Shown piece by piece: positions 24,601-37,302 of a stretch of 64,000 nucleotides of DNA (position 1 is the first letter of the stretch; each line of letters begins with the position of its first letter). The translations under genes were made by a program, and so were the position numbers. This DNA is from Phoronis australis (lineage: Eukaryota; Animalia; Phoronida). The stretch spans positions 1,594,612-1,658,611 of the forward strand of contig NMRA01000025.1 of NCBI GenBank assembly GCA_002633005.1, written 5' to 3'. The notes under the pieces are model-generated. The model was not told where the DNA came from. It worked only from the letters and a program-made list of their open reading frames with translations, and did not search any database.

Positions 24601-26410
24601 AATTATCTGCTGCTTAGTGTATCGTGTTTACAGTCAGTGGTTTCATTAGATAGCTTGTGCTCATTTTCTTAGGAATCAACACTGGCCGATCTGCAGATGT
24701 GCTACGAGACCATCCAGAACACAGAGGAGAATGCGGAACAACTAGTCATCCTATCAGACAAGTTGATGCAAAGACCCGACCGCAGAATTTCCATTGGGAA
24801 GCATGTGAGAGAACTGTCTTCCAGGACAGATGGACTTGGAAAGAAGTGAGCTTATTGCATACATACTCGTGAAGTACGAATCATCGTGAGATTTATTCAT
24901 TGTGGCTGGCTTGTGCAACTGTTATAGTTAGCACAGATTGCTTATGTACCGTTGACAGTCAGTGTTGATTCTGTCAAATTTCCTCGTTTGCTAGCCTGTA
25001 ATTCAGTACAAGCCAAAAATGTTCAGACAAATTGACCCAGAATTCCATGTCATGATGAGTGGACTGAAACCGATTTCATTGTCGGGATAGTCTCCCCTCA
25101 TGACTGAGAATGGAAGACAATTAACAGTAAAGTTAGTATTAAGGTGACTAAGCCATTCTATAATTAGATTTTTGCTGCCCCAGTTGCTATTATGAGGAAT
25201 TTTTGCAAACTAAGACATCATGACAGGGAAAACAGTATTTCGTTTATATTTGTCTCGTAGATCTGCTTTTGTGGCAATTTGGGCGTGGCTGAAAATGATT
25301 GACTTTGCTTACAGCACCAGAAACCTGCATGATCTATTGGAAAGCACAGTATCGAAGCAGGGTGAAAAGGTGGAACTTATGCGCAAGGCATCAGAGGAAT
25401 ACCATTCCAGAGCCATGGCATGTCTACAGAGATATGCATCTGGTAGGCGTGACAACCTACTCAATAATGCGCTGCAAATCCTCTCGCTGTATTCTAAATT
25501 CAGGTTGATTGGATTATGTCTGCAGTGAGCTAGATCTTCGTTCACTGGATCACATACATAGCAGGGTACATGCTGAAGCGGACCAAAGCAGAGAAAAAAT
25601 AAAAGTGCTCTAATACTCCATCATAAAATATGTCTTTGTGCCTTGCTCTTATTAGAAATGATTATGTGCTTGAAAAGAAATGGCTCTTCGTCATCACGTC
25701 AAGTTAAGCTTACTAATTTGCGTGTCATGGTGGATCAATTCAGCCTTTGAAGTGTTTTATTGTAACTAACTTCAATTAAAGCAAAGAAGTTGTAGAGCAA
25801 TGTATCATTCCAATTTTTTGCTTTTGTTCCAGACATGGCTCAGTCAGCTTGCCTTCCGTTTGTGCCACACATCATTGCTCCGACTTCCCCAGGAAAAGGA
25901 GAGAAAACTCCTGCCCGTGTGGCTAACAAGTGTCTGATCACATGGGGCTTCACATCGACCACATTTACAGCTGAACCCCTGACAGAGACGAGCATGCTGT
26001 TGGTCTCTGTGGAAAAGAACACTGCCCACTGGGCCAACTCCATCACAGGCTATCTGTTTGGGGTTGGTCTGTCACCAACCGTATTGAGTACACGCGACTT
26101 GGTTGGCACTGATGGCAACGCATGCGGAATATTCTGCGAGGGAGGCTCCATGCGCTACAGTCAGGGAGGGAACATAGAAGAGCTCCATCTGCTGGCTGAT
26201 GTGCCATTGTTCTTGGAGCTTCGAGTCATTTTGGAGGAATTATCACCAATGATTCTCCTGTACAAAGTGCGAAATGAAAAGTTTGGTCTGGTTATGCAAG
26301 GAAGGAAGATACTACCTTGGATGTCCAGTGAGAGTGTTCATCCCGTGTTTACTGTCAGTCAGAGGGTCAAAATGCTGTTCCCTATTAGTGACCAGTTGAC
26401 CAGTGTCTAG
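21545..26410 (+). CDS. TRIM9/TRIM67-like tripartite-motif E3 ubiquitin ligase (RING, B-box1, B-box2, coiled coil, divergent SPRY-like C-terminus); 6 coding exons
   Basis: Exons 21545-21665, 22633-23264, 23511-23630, 24673-24845, 25315 (or 25261)-25442 and 25833-26410 join in frame with GT-AG sites. RING: [10 protein letters not shown]...[11 protein letters not shown]...CPSCR. B-box1: CDMC...[29 protein letters not shown]-box2: CSVH...[13 protein letters not shown]...HMGH. Confidence 0.9.
21766..22060 (+). repeat. Dispersed repeat, diverged copy of 30812-31097
   Basis: Shared blocks aaggat.ctaaaccctgttt, ggtgggtgg, aaagcatag, agggttgtc, tgtttcag in the same order. Confidence 0.55.
22633..23264 (+). 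CDS. TRIM exon: RING end, B-box1, B-box2, start of coiled coil
   Basis: PRCPSCRH...[11 protein letters not shown]..., two B-boxes; corresponds to ORF 22662..23276. Confidence 0.92.
23511..23630 (+). CDS. TRIM exon: coiled coil
   Basis: tttgcag/[40 protein letters not shown]/gtaagt, phase 0-0. Confidence 0.85.
23642..23800. repeat. 39-bp minisatellite, about 4 copies, immediately after a TRIM donor site
   Basis: Unit taggccaaagtagtgtgtttggttctggtatgtagttgg. Confidence 0.9.
24673..24845 (+). CDS. TRIM exon: coiled coil
   Basis: ttcttag/[33 protein letters not shown]...GLGK/gtgag. Confidence 0.8.
25315..25442 (+). CDS. TRIM exon: helical linker (alternative in-frame acceptor at 25261)
   Basis: tttgcttacag/[42 protein letters not shown]/gtagg; phases fit the neighbouring exons. 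Confidence 0.72.
25833..26410 (+). CDS. TRIM terminal exon: divergent SPRY/B30.2-like beta domain
   Basis: ttgttccag acceptor, open frame of about 190 codons to TAG; spaced motifs YLFGVG...DLVG..GNACG...VHPVFTV resemble SPRY. Confidence 0.8.
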
Positions 26411-28049
26411 TCGGTAGGAGATAAAGAATAGTAGTGTGTCAATCAGCCACAGTCATTATCTGTACACCATATCCAGGGCTGCCAGTCATCATTCCTCTCG
26501 ATCCACACTGGTGTTCTCATAAACAGAAGTTCTTTTCTCATCAACCGCATTTTGTTACTCATGACTGGTGTTCTTTTCTCTTGAACAAGTAGCATTTTGT
26601 GTGGCATATATGTTTTTGGATTGACTTACTCCATGGTTGTAGGATGCTTAATTCATGAACAAAACCAAGATCGGTGCAATGTAAAATTTAGAAAGGCTTA
26701 AACTTGTACAAATATTGTTGAAAATACTACAGTGAATCATTTTAAACACGTAAAAGGAGTTGGGGGTTGGCATTGGGTTACTGCAGCATATGAGATTTTG
26801 CAAGCGACCACAAAATGGCAGAAAACGTCGCTTAGTGCTTAGGGTGTAGTTACGATCGCAAATTAAGTTAACATTTTGTACAATGAGCAAACATCTTAAT
26901 AGCATGAATAGGACTCCTTTGAGAGTAGCATGTGTACTGTGTAATTTCCTTTATTTCATATTACGTTCCACAATGACTAAAACAACTTCACGTGTTGGTC
27001 TGTTGTCAAGAACCGATTCATTCAACTAAACATACACTTCTACAAGCACTTGCGTAAAAGTCAGAATTGCCGACTATAGAGTTGTTTCACTGCAACCAGA
27101 GCTGACACACAAAGCCTGTAATACATTAGTAGCCACAAGCGAGGCTTCCATAACAGTGCAAAAGCAGACGTTTTGACTGTGTGTACGAGTACTGTCATAC
27201 TGAGGTACGTAAGAAAAGAAATCTTTATGCTATTACGATCGGGTTAGAAATAAATGAATTGTGATTGATGAGAAAAAAACCAACTAGTTCATAAGAAAAT
27301 AATCGACGTGTTTTAGTGAGGAAAAGATGCAGAATGTGCGTTCGGAGGAAATCTGGCAACCCGGATTTCATGAAAGTCTTTCTTTTTGGTGACAATATTT
27401 TGTTAATCAACCCAGTGGCCTATGTATTGAATTGAGTTGTCTTTATTTCGCTTGCTCATTTTGATGTGATATCAAATGGATTTTCACTGTTAATTTGTAG
27501 TATTGTTTTGGGATATTGTGATATTTGGTGATGTAATAGCCAAGAGTTGTCATCAGTCATTCTTAGTGTTGTTTATGTTTACAATATGTACAGCATTCAT
27601 TTGCATTTCTTATCTTGTGTTATTTTTGAACTTATTGATTTTTACAACAGTATTATGTTAATGAGTGTTTGAATGTGTCAATCTCAATATAGCGCGGAAA
27701 ATATGTTGCACACATTTTAAGTCTTGTCAGCACGCCGTCTTTTGGCCACATCACGTGACCTAATGAATATAAGTCTGAAAAGAAAGACTTAAAATGTCTG
27801 CAACACATGTTAATGAGGTTCTGAAAATCATTTTCTTTTGTGATGAAGTAAAAATTGGACTTTTATTTTGAAGTTATATAGCATTTCACTGAGTGGTGAA
27901 TTTATTAAGTGACACATTCCTGACAATAGTTTGTCCTCTGTGTATTTTCAAAGCAAGTTCAAAGCTAATTGAGACCAGTTAAAATCGTCAACTTGAGACT
28001 AAATCAAGTTGAAGTGAACATAGCTGCAAATTTCAATCCATGAACATTA

Positions 28050-28235
28050 TTGAACATTATATGAAACTGGTAACACTTGTACAACATTAAGTGACACTGG
28101 TAACACTTGTTCAACATTATGTGAAACTGGTAACACTTGTTCAACATTATGTGAAACTGGTAACACTTGTTCAACATTATGTGAAACTGGTAACACTTGT
28201 TCAACATTATGTGACACTGGTAACACTTGTTCAAC
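28050..28235. repeat. 30-bp minisatellite, about 6 copies
   Basis: Unit taacacttgttcaacattatgtgaaactgg. Confidence 0.9.
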
Positions 28236-28281
28236 TATGAAAAAGCTCTAAAACGGTTTCCATATCAAAATAGCTTTTTAA

Positions 28282-28622
28282 AGGTCGCATGGCAATAGTC
28301 ACTTCCGGTAAAATCTCACCAGTTTAGAACACAGTGTGGCCAACAAGTGAAATTTTGCTTAGCTCGTCATTTTTCCGAGAAACATTTATACCACCAAATT
28401 AAATGATTTTTCATGTTCAGGTTCTGTACCACAACTAACATCTAAGTTTTGAAAATTTGTGGACATTCACAACAAGGTTAGAAGCCCTTGGAAAGGGCAT
28501 TTTTGGCGAGATTTTACCCTACAAGGGCACCGGATTTTGAGAACTAGTTTGAAACCTGTTAGTGGAGAAAGCTGGTTTCCAAAATGCGGGACCCCTATAA
28601 GTGACTTTTGCCATGTGTAACT
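28282..28622. mobile_element. MITE-like element
   Basis: aggtcgcatggcaatagtcactt ... aagtgacttttgccatgtgtaact; inner ggtaaaatctcacca/tggcgagattttacc inverted pair. Confidence 0.5.
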
Positions 28623-30811
28623 TGTTGATGTTCTTGGTCACAGCTGGATTCTCAGGTGTTCGAGACATAGTTACTATTTAGTATTTAGGTATATGTGCTT
28701 AATCAAGCTATTTCTGTATGCGGAACACTTGAGTAAAATTAAAGAGCATAATTATTATAATATGTCAGTGAAACTTGATTTGTCTGAAAGAAAATGGTAG
28801 ACATTGGCATCTATCACTGTACTATTAAATGAATTTCAAAAAAGATTTGACAAAAACTCACAAATAAATCTGGTTTAAGACATGCGCTTAGGCAAGGGAT
28901 AGACATCTGTTAATGAAACTTAGGTTCCTATATGTGACCCACTCGAGTAAAAAATTGTGGAACACATTAGGCACGTGGGCCTCTATAAGTGCATTTTAAG
29001 AAAATGCGAAGTATTTCCTTCCAAACGTTGCTTCGTGTGTGAACATACCCATTATTTACTATGTCTCACGCTCATCTGGGGGTCTTGTGGTGTGTCCAAA
29101 GTATGTGTTGTTTTGCAAATAATTCTTAATCTGATAAAGCTTTGTTTGTATAGCCAACATAGCATTACTGCATGATGGTGCCCTATATGTTTTGTTTGTT
29201 ACAGACTGTTACCAACACCAAGTCAACTCGAATCATGGAAGACACGTTTGTCAGTACGTGTCTATTTGTACAGTACTATCTCTAATCAACAGTCTTCATG
29301 CCAAGTGTTGTTATAAGATTGTATGAACAAATATGCAAGAACAAACTTGGCTATGGTTTTGTTTTACATAGTATTACATTTATGTTTTTGGGTTAACTAG
29401 TCATTCCTCAGCTGTTTAGGATTTTGGACGTTAGTCATTTTTGAAATTGTACCATTCCAGTTAAATCACCTATAAACCCATGTTCCATCCAAGAAGCGAA
29501 CTTCTGATTGAGACCACTTACCACCATAAAATTGACTGCAATTTGTCCCTTAGTATGATGAGAAGTGATTTCTGGGTTTGCAAGCAAGCAAGTTCATTAT
29601 TCCTCGAGACCATACTCGGCGCATAAACTGATTCACCATAACAAACGACAAGCCAACTTGCAGAGCCTGGTCTCAACATGATACACTGAGACAAGCCAAT
29701 TTGCACAGCCTGGTCTCAACAATAACAAACTGTCAGTTCTTTCGAAGCCTTGAAATCACCTCAGATTTGATCGAGATACCAATATCATAATGGTATATTG
29801 TCTAAATCAAGATGCTTTTTGTGATAAAAGATGGGTCTATAGCCGTTTTAAACATTTTCTGGACATTACAGTCCCATGCACTATACAATTTATGTTATGC
29901 AATCATTTTTATTCGCTGCATTCCAGTTCTATTTACGTAGCATCCAGATTTCTGTGTCTTGTATATGTGTAATGACTTGTGCATTATTTACCATGGTCAT
30001 TCGATACAGTATTCGTCATTTTCGGTACCACAATTTATGTAGTAATGTACACAATAACGTCACATGGAAATTGAAGAAATTCGTATCGAATGAGCATATT
30101 GTTTATGGCTCATTTGTGTCAGTATTGTTTTACATTCCAAATGTTTTTGCAGCGGCTACTTACTTAAAACTGTTGCACGCATTGTTTACCAAAATGTTTT
30201 GACGATACTTTACTGCCAATAAAGCTTTATCATGACCTCCAGTTTTGTTGATAATGTGTTCAATATAAGTGTTGTTTCATCGTCATTCCAATTTTAAGAT
30301 GCACAGTGCCAAGTGCATTAATAACACTGACATATGTTCCTTGTTGTCCATAAACTTAGGTGATGGGAGAATTCTTTTATGTTATCTTCTTGCTCAACTT
30401 CAAAAAGTCAGTCCACTGAGATATCTCTTTTCATTACCAATTTTTAAATTGAAATCAGTTTTTGAGTGTTCGTGTTTTGTAGCTGACAAAGTTACTAATA
30501 GTCTCTTACAAATTGCCTGAAAGCTGGATCATTGTTTTCTTTAAATTTCCCGTAGAACTGGTCTTTTTGTAAATCCAAGCCACATCTGACATTTCCAGCT
30601 TTCATATGTAATTTTGAGTTCCTTATTATAAAATGTCTCTGGGGCAAATTAAATGCAATAGATTTAGTCAATGGTGACAATCCTATTAATTTGAGTGACA
30701 CTGTTAATTTGGCTCAATCTTTAAGCATTGATTTATGAAGGAAATACACCTTGCAACAAAGCAATTAGCTAGGCATACTAATTTTGCAAAGTTTTTCCCG
30801 TTGGGATGTTA

Positions 30812-31097
30812 AAAGGATACTAAACCCTGTTTTGTTGATCTCGACCAATCCTCGTTCCGTCACCTAATAATGCCCTACTGGCGTCCCACATGAGTGATAA
30901 AAGCACATTAAAAACCCTTCATTGTCACGGGATATTATGGTACGGTGGGTGGCCTTTACCTACAGTTGCCGTGTAACTCGCCTAAAGCATAGCTAGGTCA
31001 CGCTTTCCCGTTTAGCAGACTTTCTAACAAATTTTCAAATTTTGATAGAAATATTTGAGGGTTGTCGAGGGTTATAAAGCATAATTTTTTGTTTCAG
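30812..31097 (+). repeat. Dispersed repeat (SINE-tail-like), related to 21766-22060
   Basis: Collinear similarity between the two loci. Confidence 0.5.
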
Positions 31098-34000
31098 CGG
31101 ACTAGTCGCGTTATAATCTTTTAATAGGTCATTAACCGAGTTTGGTACACTTTTAAACTAAACATGTTTATTGTCAGATTTTGGTCAATAAATTCCGGGT
31201 GTAAAAATATTTCTGATAATGTATCCCTTTTTAAGCTGCAATAACAAAAGTACATTAATGTAAACAAACACAGTATGTCATGGGAAAACATGCTAAAATG
31301 GATTTGGCTGTCTTACTGGGCAATGTTGGCTTTGAAAATGATGCGAAATGAGGAACATTAGTACTACACACACTCCATGCAAGGAGAACTTGTTTACTGT
31401 GGAGGCCCGGTGAAAACTCTGTTTCACAAGACATAACTGTGCCTAGTCAGCTCACCATCTCGGGGTGGTCAAAATTCCCTAGCAAACCGCAAGTTTTTGC
31501 ACACCAGACGACCTGCAATTTCACTCTCATGATACACATTAACTTCAAGGCGTTAAGTTGCCTAAGGAATAGAGTTGTTGGTTTTCACTTTTTCACCCTT
31601 TTGACAGGCTAGTGTACTTAAATTGGGGACAATAGCGTGTCCAGTTTATAGTCCCTGAGACTGCAATGCGTCCATTTTGCATTATTGATTTTTCTTAACA
31701 ATAAACATCAGAGAGCATCTTCTTAAACTACGCGGATATGGAGAAAAAAGTTTAACTCTTCCCCTCTACTGAACACACTTGGCCTCAATACATTCTAATG
31801 GATATCATAGCCCAGATCTATAAAATACATGAAGATAACATGAGTAACAGTACATCATACAATTCAAATTCTTCAATAGCCTGCATAGCAGCAACACAGT
31901 GAAACGAGCTTCATCACAAAATGGCAATAGCACACGTGGTTAGAGGACAGCATTCTTGTAAGGGTATTTAGTGCAGTGGAATTTCCCAACATTCTTTTTT
32001 TAACTCTTTCCAACCGCATGGTGTCGTCAAATTGCCAAAGTTGCATGGTGGGATATTTACACAAAAGTTCCATCTCAAAATGTACTAGAATGAAAGGAAT
32101 ATTCTTTTGACCCCATCAACTTGAAAATGTCTTGCACACGTTATGTCAAAGGAATGATGTTTCTGTCGGTGCTCCCACAACACTAAAGCGTTCTGTAAAG
32201 AATGTTTATCACAAGACAAAAATGGTCAAGCAGGGGGTCTAGACCCTCCTTTTAATCCGCACCTGTCAAGACAAAAACCAGCAGCATATCGAGTACTTGA
32301 GTACCTGCTGCCCCCTTTATGTTTTAATATTCATATCTTAAATGTCATATAACTAACCCCTATAAACCATGTTCAACCATTAAAACAATTTGTTCACAGT
32401 TGTAATTAATTTTAGTCTTCCAAAGCAACATCGTCATGTTATCTTCTGTTGAAGGTGAAATTGGCTACAATGAATGGTCGTTGCCAGTAATCCCTATTAA
32501 AGCCACACTCATATTGGCTCGACGGCTCAAACTCAACCTACTACAACAAAGAACTCAATGAACCAAACATGAACAACATAGTAAAAAATATGTAAATTCT
32601 TCTCAAGCCTGAAATCATTTCTAAAGACGAGACCAATTTTATAATATTAAGCGCCATTGTTTCAAAAGAAATGGTTTTTGACAGCAGGCACGGGCTTATT
32701 GCTCAGAATACTGTCATGGATAAACGTAGTCTTTTTATTTTAGGGCCAGAATATGTTCTCGCTTTGTGCTCACACCTCCGTGTGCTGTGGTTTTCAATGA
32801 AGAAATGCAATATCCACCTTTTGATCACATCAAACTGTAACTGACACTTGAACAACAATGAAACTTAATTTCTGAATACTACAGTAATTTTTCAACAATT
32901 TTGCTAAAAAATAATTGGCAAAATCGTAGTTTTTCTATTTTACAAAATCTGATAACCTTCCTCGGAAAAAAATGTCAAATGCCGTTTTATATGTACACAG
33001 GAGAAAACAAAATAACAGGCTAAAATTTTCTTAATCTTTATTTTTGCGGAGAAATTTTACAAAATATGCTATATCATGTGCTGATAAGGTAAAGAATTAC
33101 AACATAAAGACATATGCCTATTTTTGTATTATTCACAGCAAATTGTTGGCACTTGAACATCCCATGTGCACAGCTCCTCATGAAAAGAATCCTCACCAAC
33201 ACCCTCACCAGTCGAGTTTATACAACTCAACTCAGGCTCGATAACCTTAAAATCCACACCTAACAAAAAAGAAACAATGATCAAGCTTCAGCTGATTTTA
33301 TCATTTTCTGGAGATTAACTTTTGTAATGAGGCGTAAAAATGCCCACCATAACATGGTCGTAAACACTGCTTCATCAGTTTTGCTGGGTGGGGCAACATA
33401 ATGGGCATATTACCAAAGGTCATAAACCAGCAGTAATTCTTGGCATGGTGCATCATTACAAAAGGACATAAAGCATGTTAACAGTCCACAACTGGTAGTC
33501 CAGGGTGAAGACTGATTGTCTATGGTGGAATCTGATTGCCCAGGGTAGTGCCATACGCTTTATGTAAATCAAGGGCAGAATTATTCTTTAAATCACCCAA
33601 TTTTACTCCTTTACAACTACCTGAGCAACATGGCTCATACATTCATGAACACAGCTCCACACCAATTATGAACACTGTTCATAGACTTGTAAACTCAGTT
33701 CACCGACTCGTAAACACCATAAATACGACTTATGAAACAAAAAAGCATGACATCAGCACCTGTTAACATGGCTTACGGACTCTTTACCGAGTCAAGCATG
33801 TATATGTGAGGCAGTGTCATATTTTTGGGTACCTACCTACAGGCCATGTATTACGATCGAGGGGCCAAGTTTATGAGTCAGTGAGCAGTTTGTAGGCCCA
33901 CAAGCCGTGTTCACGAGTGTATGAGCAATGTTGTTCATGTAGCCTTTATCAAAGTCACAGATGCACAGTAATGGCTAAACCCAACAGGTAAACTTTATTT

Positions 34001-34694
34001 GGGTCACATATTGTTTGATAATGAATTTGATCAAGCAGGGAAGTAATAAAGTAACAGAGACTCCACGTGGAGAACCCTGCTGTGTTTTAGTAGTTCGATT
34101 AATCTTTTCAGAACCTAAGTTGAATTCACATGACTACCATCACACCTGTGTCATATGAATAATTATTCAATAATATCGTCAAGTCATAAACCTGAAAACA
34201 CATATGTCAACATTGGATTGCAATTTAATTTCAATTCACACTTTTTAAAGGATTTTATTGACAATCAAAAAAGTGTTTCTTGACTACATTCGACAAAGAA
34301 TTGTGCTGCTGGAAAATTACGGTAGGACATTTCTCTTTTACAGTTTGGAAATGAAAAAAGACTCATTACCAGGAAAAAGTCATCCTTTCATCGAGTTTTG
34401 CTCCTGTGACATCCCTTTTAACTTCCATTAATCCCTTATGGGAAATCTAGTTAGAAAGGTATCCTCATCTTACGGAATCCAAAACAAAATTTTTGAGAGC
34501 AAATACCGTATCAAATGCACCAAGTTTAAAAATGAATTTGAGCCACCATGAACGGTGTTCTGGTGTCAAAAACAACATTTAATCATAGGCGTATCTGTTC
34601 TTCCGTAGCAACGTCATCTCATTTGTAGCCATCGTTTGGAATGAAATAAGAAAATTAACCACTGGGGAACTTGGTAGAGGTTTAACATAACATA

Positions 34695-34885
34695 AAAATA
34701 AAATTGCCAGAAGAGGGCACAGTGGTAGTCGAATATGTTTGAAAGTTCACTTGTGCTGTCCCATCCATTACAGGAACACAATCATCTGCAAAATTTCCCA
34801 AAGATCCATCAAGGGGTTTTGGTGATATGCAAATGCTGGATGGATGCTGGGCAGAGAGATCACGTGCCATAATGCACCCACATAA
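34695..34885 (-). mobile_element. Degenerate end of a HINE-type element related to 49199-50922
   Basis: aaaattgccagaagagggcacagtggtagtcg...ccatccatt...aggggttttggtgata...ataatgcacccacat parallels 50708-50902. Confidence 0.55.
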
Positions 34886-35601
34886 GGTGCTTTTACACGA
34901 GAGACAGTTGTCACAGTGTGAGTTGTCACAGCACGACTTGCTCCACTTAAGTCACATTTACAGACTAGATTGCAAACTGGATAAGCACGAGTCACCTGCA
35001 CTAAGACTGTTCGCACACGCTCACCTAAACAATAGGAAACGTTCAAACCATGTGGAATGCCAGCAGATCACCCGTATATACACTATTGCGAAAGCACACT
35101 GAAAGATGATCCCTTTCCGACCTTTCCAAGTGTCAACTCACTCTACCGCCCAAACCCATGTCAAAAATGACCACAGCAATGTGAACTTGCTCCCTGTGAG
35201 TCATGTTTACACAAACACTTGCACCCGATCAGCTGTTCAGTGTTGTTTCTAGACAGCTTTCTCTCATGTAAATGCAACTATACATGTGATGGGCACACGA
35301 ATTACAGAAGCAGAGACTTACTAATCTCAGGTGTGCTGAAATAACCCCCATTAACTCACCTACTTCTAATCTTTGGTTTAATAATGACATGCAATTATTT
35401 TTATGGCTGAAAATCATTAACCACCTGCAGCCAATTAGTTACCTTACAAACTAACCAAATTGAACTTCAAACTTTATTAACAAATATTTCAATAAATAAA
35501 TTGTGCCTAATATTAGAGTACAATGTCAACAATTTAGAACACAAAATGTCAGACAAATGAAATTTTCATAAAAAATATCTAACACCAAATGAATGCCATA
35601 A

Positions 35602-36511
35602 TTGCAGTATAAGATAATCACTTACTTAGAGACGTTGTAGATTGGGTGCAGACATTTCAGCCTTGTCCGCCAGGTCTTCATCAATGAGTGAGGAGTTTCC
35701 CGCCTTTCGCAGGTAAGAATGTTCGAATACACGGGAATTAAGTGGAGATCTCGGTCCTAGTTCAAGAGAGGGCGCTGAGTGCTGATGTTTATGGACTCTT
35801 TTTAACTTGCAAGCATACCAATTCTGTTCTTTGGCTAAGATCTTGGCTGATGCAAGGGAGAAGGAATATGCAGTCGCCAATATGTGTTCCCCCACAGTTG
35901 TGGGTCTGTGTCTAGTTTCTGGTGTTCATTGAATCTGGTAAGGAACGGTCTCTTGGTTTCTCCAATGTAGGTGTGGTTGGGATCCTGGTCACATTTTAGC
36001 TGGTATATGACCCCACAATGTTTCGCTATCGGGGTTGGGTCTTTGGGTCTAATGGGTTTCAAATATGAAGAAAATCCCAAAGACCCAACCCCGATAGCAA
36101 AACAATGTGGGGTCATTTACCAGCTGAAATGTGACCAGGATCCCAACAACACCTACATTGGAGAAACCAAGAGACCGTTTCTTACCAGATTCAAAGAACT
36201 ACAGAAACTGGTGACTGGACATTCCATCTCCCTTCCATAATCCAAGATCTTAGCCAAAGAACAAAATTGGTATGCTCGCAAGTTAAAAAGAGTCCATAAA
36301 CATCAGCACTCAGCGCTCTCTCTTGAACAGGGACCGAGGTCTCCACCTACCTCCCATGTATTTGAATATTCTTAACCAGCGGGAAACTCCCCACTCATTG
36401 ATAAAGACCTGGCAGACCAGGTTGAAACATCTGCATCCAATCTACGTCTCTAAGTAAGTGATTATCTTATACTGCAATGCCTCTAGAGACCAATGACCAA
36501 CCTATTCTCCA
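35602..36511. mobile_element. Penelope-like retroelement remnant: inverted duplication of GIY-YIG 3' end plus hammerhead-like motif, 34-bp tail, 11-bp TSD
   Basis: Arms about 35602-36047 and 36076-36477 both encode PKDPTPIAK.CGVIYQLKCDQDPN.TYIGETKRPFLTRF.E; TSD gaatgccataa at 35591-35601 and 36512-36522. Confidence 0.85.
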
Positions 36512-36898
36512 GAATGCCATAAAGTTTCTAGTTCGTTATCACTGCTACATTACGAAAATTCAAAACCATATTAGAATACCTTAAGAAATAAAAAATGGAA
36601 TAATTGGCAATTATTTTGTCCAAAATTGCCGAGATTTTGCCATATCATCATCATCATGATTATTATCAGCAAATCTCCTTACAATACGGAATACATTAAA
36701 AACATGATATTCATTTTGTAACAACAAATACAAAGTACCTCACTGTAACTCCAATAAATAACATAATATCTTCTATATTATTGCAGTAAACAGAATTCAA
36801 TAAAATTCTACTTCCTGTCTACACCTATATGTGAAGGCTATTTCACACACAGTCTTATAGAGATCACAGAGTTGCACTGGTCCTTGATCAATTCTTTC

Positions 36899-37302
36899 TC
36901 AATTTCGTGCCTCTAAACAAATCATAGCTCTGGCCACTCCCAGCGCGGCATCACTGCAGTCACCAATAATTATCGGTAGATTGTAATAATTTTCAATTTC
37001 CTGCTGCAAAATAACATTCTTCTTCAGAGCTGCACCACTTCCAACAATGCGCTGAACGCCAGACGCCAACAGGAAGTCCAAAGACATCATAGTGTGGAGA
37101 TTAGTGGCTATGCCTTTGCATAGCGCTCTGTACGTGCTGCCCAGTGTAATGTTCTGGGCTGTGATGTTAGACACCGTAGCTCTTTGCTCGGGGCAGTGTC
37201 GCTCACCGAATATGGTCGGGGAGATGACCAGGTCAGAGCCTGACGACTCCCTGCCTAGAGAAATTATCTTTTCCCATATTTTATTCTCAGGCACACCAAG
37301 AC
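36899..37302 (-). CDS. SHPK: SHPK terminal exon
   Basis: GLGVPENKIWEKII...SPTIFGERHCPEQRA...DAALGVARAMICLEARN*. Confidence 0.93.

Noticed and set aside
35835-36240. Domesticated stand-alone GIY-YIG nuclease gene
   Set aside because: Both arms are 5'-truncated and frameshifted, lack a proper start or splice context, and are bounded by a TSD; a retroelement remnant
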